Shown: positions 59,727 through 64,000 of the stretch, one piece after another | Layout: each line of letters opens with the position of its first letter | Position numbering within the stretch: position 1 is the stretch's first letter | Source of the DNA: Thermodesulfobacteriota bacterium | Lineage (GTDB): Bacteria > Desulfobacterota_D > UBA1144 > Nemesobacterales > Mycalebacteriaceae | DNA: 64,000 bases | Direction: 5' to 3' | Assembly: GCA_965226585.1 (NCBI GenBank) | Contig: OZ245366.1 | Span: 1,319,423-1,383,422, forward strand | Made by a program: the position numbers and the translations under genes | Notes under the pieces: generated by a model | Told to the model about the DNA's origin: nothing | What the model saw: only the letters and a program-made list of their open reading frames with translations | The model's database searches: none

Positions 59727-61682
59727 ATGAGCTCCGCCCTTAAAATAGGAGTTGATGTCGGTGGCACTTTCACCGACATTGTTCTGTTTGACCGCAATGC
59801 GGTAAAAATCCATAAAATCCCGTCCACGCCCTCAGACCCTTCGGTTGCCGTTACCGAAGGCGTGATGTTCTTCACCGGAGGCAGTCCGCGGGGGGCGGAA
59901 GTTATTCACGGCACAACGGTCGCCACAAACACCCTTCTTGAAAGAAAAGGCGCGAAAACCGCCCTTGTAACAACACGCGGTTTTGAAGACGCAATAGAGA
60001 TAGGCAGACAAAACCGGGAAAAACTTTACGACCTTTTCTGGGAAAAAAGCCCCGGTCTTGTGCCTTCCCGCCTGCGTGTGGGGGTTGCGGAAAGAATGGA
60101 TTTCGGCGGCGCGGTTATTGAGAAACTTTCAAAAAAAGAAGCCGCGAGAATTGCCGGGAAGATAAAAAAACTTGGCGCGGAATCGGTTGCGGTCTGTTTT
60201 CTTCACTCCTACGCGAACCCGTCTCATGAGCAAGCCGCCGGAAAGGAACTTGAAAAACTGGGCATTCCCGTCTCCCTTTCGTCTGTTGTGTCTCCCGAAT
60301 TCAGGGAGTTTGAGCGGGCTTCCACAACCTCGGCAAACGCCTACCTTATTCCGAAAGTTTCAAACTACATAAAATCGCTTTCGTCATCCCTTGCGGGGGC
60401 AAAGGTGTCTATCGTGCAATCAAGCGGGGGCGTAACATCTCCCGAAAAAGTTGCGGCTGAACCCGTAAGAATAGCCACTTCGGGACCCGCCGCCGGTGTT
60501 GCCGGGGCTTTCAAGATAGCAAAACAGATGGGCGAAAAAAAGATTATCACCCTCGACATGGGCGGCACTTCAACAGACGTCTCAATATGTGACGGCGCGC
60601 CGGCGTTTTCATCGGGAGGCAATGTGGGGGGAATTCCGCTCAGAACCCCTTGCATAGACATCTCCACCGTGGGGGCGGGCGGCGGCTCCATAGCGCGGAT
60701 GGATTCGGGCGGAATTTTGAAAACCGGACCCCAAAGCGCGGGCGCGGAGCCCGGACCCGCCTGCTACGGAAAGGGGAAACTGCCAACCGTAACAGACGCG
60801 AATGTTGTTCTCGGAAGGATTGAGCCGTCCCGTTTTCTTGGCGGAAGAAAAAAGATATTCCCCGAAAAAGCGGTTGCCGCGATTGAAACGCTCAAAGGCG
60901 GAAAAAAAACAGACGCGCGCGAAAAGGCGGATGCGGTTGTGAGGGTGGTCAACTCGTCTATGGAGAGGCTGATAAGGGTGATGGCGGCGGAAAGGGGCGT
61001 TGACCCCAGAGAGTTTGCGCTGTTCGGATTCGGAGGCGCGGCGGGGCTTCACTGTTGCGACCTCGCCCTTGAAACCGGAATGGAAAAGGTGATATTCCCC
61101 GCCTGCCCCGCCGCCCTCTCCGCTCTCGGAATGTTGCTGTCAGACATTTACCGCGATTATGTAAAAAGCTGTTTCGCCCGCCTTCCGGGGCAAACGCGCC
61201 TGATAAAAAAAACGCTCGCAGAACTTGAAAAAACCGCCCGCAAAGAGCACGGCGGCGGAAAGGGAGAGGCGGAGGTTTTTGTTGACGCGAGATACGGGGG
61301 GCAGTCGCACGAGATAACCGTTCCGTTTTCAAGCGGAGCGGCGGATGATTTTCACCGCCTTCACAACAAAATGTTCGGCTACGCGATGAAAGACAGACCC
61401 GTTGAAACAACCGCCGCCCGCGTCCGCTTTCACGGCGAAAAAAGCCGGATACAACTTCCCGAAATCGCAAAGGGCGGAAAGAAACCGTCTGCCGGAAAAA
61501 AAGATATATGGACACTCGGCGGGTGGCGGAAATTCAAAGTGTACGAGCGCGGAGAGATAGGCGGCGGCTTCAGGTTTGACGGTCCCGCCCTTGTGCTTGA
61601 AGACAGCACCGTTTTGATGATAACGCCTGAATTTGCCTGCGAAACGGACAGGCGCGGAAACATAACCGGGAGAAGAAAATGA
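59727..61682 (+). CDS. Hydantoinase/oxoprolinase family protein, HyuA-like ATP-dependent.
   Basis: 651 aa. The N-terminus (IGVDVGGTFTDIVLFD) and an internal DMGGTSTDV are the hallmarks of the hydantoinase A / acetone carboxylase β ASKHA fold. Confidence 0.7.
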   Translation: MSSALKIGVDVGGTFTDIVLFDRNAVKIHKIPSTPSDPSVAVTEGVMFFTGGSPRGAEVIHGTTVATNTLLERKGAKTALVTTRGFEDAIEIGRQNREKLYDLFWEKSPGLVPSRLRVGVAERMDFGGAVIEKLSKKEAARIAGKIKKLGAESVAVCFLHSYANPSHEQAAGKELEKLGIPVSLSSVVSPEFREFERASTTSANAYLIPKVSNYIKSLSSSLAGAKVSIVQSSGGVTSPEKVAAEPVRIATSGPAAGVAGAFKIAKQMGEKKIITLDMGGTSTDVSICDGAPAFSSGGNVGGIPLRTPCIDISTVGAGGGSIARMDSGGILKTGPQSAGAEPGPACYGKGKLPTVTDANVVLGRIEPSRFLGGRKKIFPEKAVAAIETLKGGKKTDAREKADAVVRVVNSSMERLIRVMAAERGVDPREFALFGFGGAAGLHCCDLALETGMEKVIFPACPAALSALGMLLSDIYRDYVKSCFARLPGQTRLIKKTLAELEKTARKEHGGGKGEAEVFVDARYGGQSHEITVPFSSGAADDFHRLHNKMFGYAMKDRPVETTAARVRFHGEKSRIQLPEIAKGGKKPSAGKKDIWTLGGWRKFKVYERGEIGGGFRFDGPALVLEDSTVLMITPEFACETDRRGNITGRRK

Positions 61683-62275
61683 CCGGCGGACAAATGGACT
61701 CTCTGTTTATAGACGCGCTGGAAAAAAACATATCCGCCCAAACCCCGCGCGCGATTGAAATACCTGCGGACACGCTTCAGGCGGCGGTGATGGCAATCCT
61801 CAAAAACGGACGGGGCGGTGTGGAACTGTGCTTCATAAAACGCTCCGTTCACCCGCTTGACAGATTTTCGGGACACATGGCTTTTCCCGGCGGAACAAGG
61901 GAAACAAACGACCGCGACATACTCGCCACCGCCGTCAGGGAAACACGCGAGGAGATAGGGCTGGACATAGAAAAAAACGCGAGAATCGCGGGCAGGCTTG
62001 ATGACGAGATGCCCCGCCCGGCTCCGGCGGACAAAACGGGAAGGTCTTACGTTGTAACGCCTTTTGTGTGCGCCCTTACCGCAAGCGGGGCGGAAAAAGC
62101 GGCAACGCACGACAGGGGCGAAGTTGAGCGGGTGTTCTGGATGCCGGTGGATGAACTCAAGAAAACGGACGGCGGGTCTTCGTCACCTTCGTCACCTGAA
62201 TTTTTCTGCAGAGAGCAGAGGATATGGGGAATGACGGCGAGAATAGTGGACAACCTTCTTAAATTTCTGCCGTGA
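61679..62275 (+). CDS. Nudix hydrolase, CoA-pyrophosphatase-like.
   Basis: The Nudix box FPGGTRETNDRDILATAVRETREEIGL (GX5EX7REUXEEXGU) is present. The start overlaps the upstream stop as ATGA. Confidence 0.8.
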   Translation: MTGGQMDSLFIDALEKNISAQTPRAIEIPADTLQAAVMAILKNGRGGVELCFIKRSVHPLDRFSGHMAFPGGTRETNDRDILATAVRETREEIGLDIEKNARIAGRLDDEMPRPAPADKTGRSYVVTPFVCALTASGAEKAATHDRGEVERVFWMPVDELKKTDGGSSSPSSPEFFCREQRIWGMTARIVDNLLKFLP

Positions 62276-62357
62276 AAACCGCTCGCAAGTATTGGAACTG
62301 TCCGCCCGTGCGTATACAATCAAATGACATCAAAAAAAACCGCGTTTTGGAGGAACT

Positions 62358-62795
62358 ATGAGAGGCGTCAACAAAGTAACAATAATAGGAAACGTTGGAA
62401 GCGACCCTGAGATGAAGCACACCGCTTCGGGACAGGCGGTCGCCAATTTTTCAGTTGCCACAAACGAATCGTGGACAAACAAAGAGGGAGAAAAGCAGGA
62501 GAGAACCGAATGGCACAGAATTGTCGCCTGGGGCCGTCTTGCGGAGATATGCGGACAGTATCTGTCAAAAGGAACTCCCGTCTACCTTGAAGGCTCAATA
62601 CGCACAAGGTCATGGGAAGACAGAGACGGAAACACAAAATACACAACCGAGGTTCACGCAAAAGATATGCAGTTTCTCGGTTCCGCGCGTGATTCGGGCG
62701 GCGGCGCGGGCGGAGGGGCTGAAAAGTCTTCAGGCGAAAACAGCCCTCCCCTTGATATTCCCGAAAACAACATGGATGACGACATCCCGTTTTAG
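62358..62795 (+). CDS. ssb: Single-stranded DNA-binding protein.
   Basis: The OB-fold N-terminus reads [38 protein letters not shown] Gly-rich tail ends in the acidic DDDIPF. A GGAGG Shine-Dalgarno is present. Confidence 0.9.
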   Translation: MRGVNKVTIIGNVGSDPEMKHTASGQAVANFSVATNESWTNKEGEKQERTEWHRIVAWGRLAEICGQYLSKGTPVYLEGSIRTRSWEDRDGNTKYTTEVHAKDMQFLGSARDSGGGAGGGAEKSSGENSPPLDIPENNMDDDIPF

Positions 62796-62828
62796 CGCGG
62801 GTGTTGTTGTTCCTGCCGGACTTTAGAA

Positions 62829-64000
62829 TTTGTCTTTATATGCCGTAATTCTGTGCGCGGGAAAGGGCTCCAGAATGGGAACGGAGCGTCAGAAGACGCT
62901 GTTTCCGGTTCTGGGAACACCTATGGCGGCGCACGTTGCGGCGGCTGTTGCCAAAACAAAACCTTCACTCACAGTCGCGGTTGTCGGGTTTGACTCGGAA
63001 CAAACCGCCGGAGAACTTTCGCGCTTCGGGGGACAGATGGAGTTTGCCGTTCAGAAAGAGCTTTCGGGAACGGGAAGCGCGCTTCGGGCGGCGTTTGAAA
63101 AAATCCCGTCATCACGGGGCGACCTGCTCGCGGTGAACGGCGATATGCCCGCCGTTACCGGCTCTCTGATAAAAAAACTTGTCTCAACCCACAAAAAAAC
63201 CGGCGCGGCTCTCTCGTTTGTAACGGCGGTTGTGGAAAACGCGGGCGGATACGGGCGAGTGGAGAGAGGAAGCGGCGGAGAGGTTGAGAGGATAGTTGAA
63301 CATTCTGACGCGAACGCGGAGCAGAAAAAAATCCGCGAAGTGAACGCCGGAATATACTGCTTCAAAATCCCCTTTGTAAAAAAAGCCCTCGCGGAATTGG
63401 GAAGAAAAAACTCTGCGGGCGAACACTACATAACAGACCTTGTTGAAGCCGCCCTGAGAGAAGGCAAAAAAGTTTCAACCGTCAGGGCGGCGGATTCCTG
63501 CGAGGTGGCGGGAGTGAACACGCCTGAGGAACTGGCGCAGGCGGCAAAGATTATGAGGGAGAGAACAAACGCCCGTCTTATGCGCGGCGGCGTGGTGATT
63601 CTCGACCCCGCGACCTGCCACATCTGCCCTGAAACAAAGATAGGAAAGGGAACCGTGGTACATCCGTGCTGTTTTATAAACCGCAGTGTTATCGGGGCAA
63701 ACTGCGTAATAGAGCCGTGCTCGCAGATAAAAAACAGCCGCCTTTCGGCGGATTGCCGTGTGGAGTTTTCATCCGTGCTTGACGGATGTTTTATGAGCCG
63801 GGGGGCACAGGCGGGCCCGTTCACAAGGATACGCCCCGAAACGGTTTTGAAGGAGAAAGCGAAAGCGGGTTCATTTGTTGAGATAAAAAAATCATCAATC
63901 GGACGCGGGTCAAAAGTGCCTCATCTTTCGTATGTTGGAGACACCCTTATAGGGGCGGAGGTCAACATAGGGGCGGGAACAATCACCTGCAATTATGACG
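62829..64000 (+). CDS. glmU: Bifunctional UDP-N-acetylglucosamine pyrophosphorylase / glucosamine-1-phosphate acetyltransferase. It is partial, continuing past the window end. A TTG start is inferred.
   Basis: The in-frame translation gives (L)SLYAVILCAGKGSRMGTERQKTLFPVLG...QKELSGTGSALRAA..., the uridyltransferase N-domain. LβH hexapeptide repeats follow, and the frame is open to 64000. It is not in the supplied ORF track because there is no stop. Confidence 0.75.

Noticed and set aside
60609-62110. Minus-strand ORFs of 147-226 aa antisense to the hydantoinase and Nudix genes.
   Set aside because: They are Arg/Pro-rich GC-frame artefacts, entirely contained within well-supported plus-strand genes.
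1-64000. Neisseria origin, suggested by the dRS3-like palindrome and NIME-like arrays.
   Set aside because: The neisserial DNA uptake sequence GCCGTCTGAA (and its complement) is not evident anywhere in the window, and the repeat core differs from Correia/dRS3 consensus. The resemblance is in layout only.

Overview
About 56 kb of this 64 kb window (1..55868) is an island of eight very large paralogous genes, all on the minus strand, that look like type Va autotransporters. They run 1274 to more than 3114 aa. Each has an N-terminal signal peptide (e.g. MHRKLTIISLFAILFAFAP..AQ), hundreds of ~21-aa 'xVW(A/S/T)NGxxS.A...T..V' repeats (predicted β-helix) and a C-terminal ~300-aa OMP β-barrel ending in aromatic-x-F (VNYRF, VNYSF, VGLAF, LNVAF). 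The paralogs are mosaics of shared blocks; several kb are >95% identical between genes. Between the transcription units lie four tandem arrays (25 units in total) of a ~113-bp repeat with nested hairpins. A small plus-strand GIY-YIG nuclease gene sits exactly inside the central palindrome of one repeat unit. The same repeat is also inserted in frame into the passenger/β-barrel linker of two paralogs, with half a copy in a third and none at the equivalent site of a fourth. Right of the island is an ordinary housekeeping region: fmt, aspS, hisIE on minus, then rpoZ, a hydantoinase-family gene, a Nudix hydrolase, ssb and the start of glmU on plus. There are no tRNA or rRNA genes and no CRISPR array. 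I cannot name the organism. It is not Neisseria (no DUS), although the repeats resemble neisserial NIME/dRS3 in layout.
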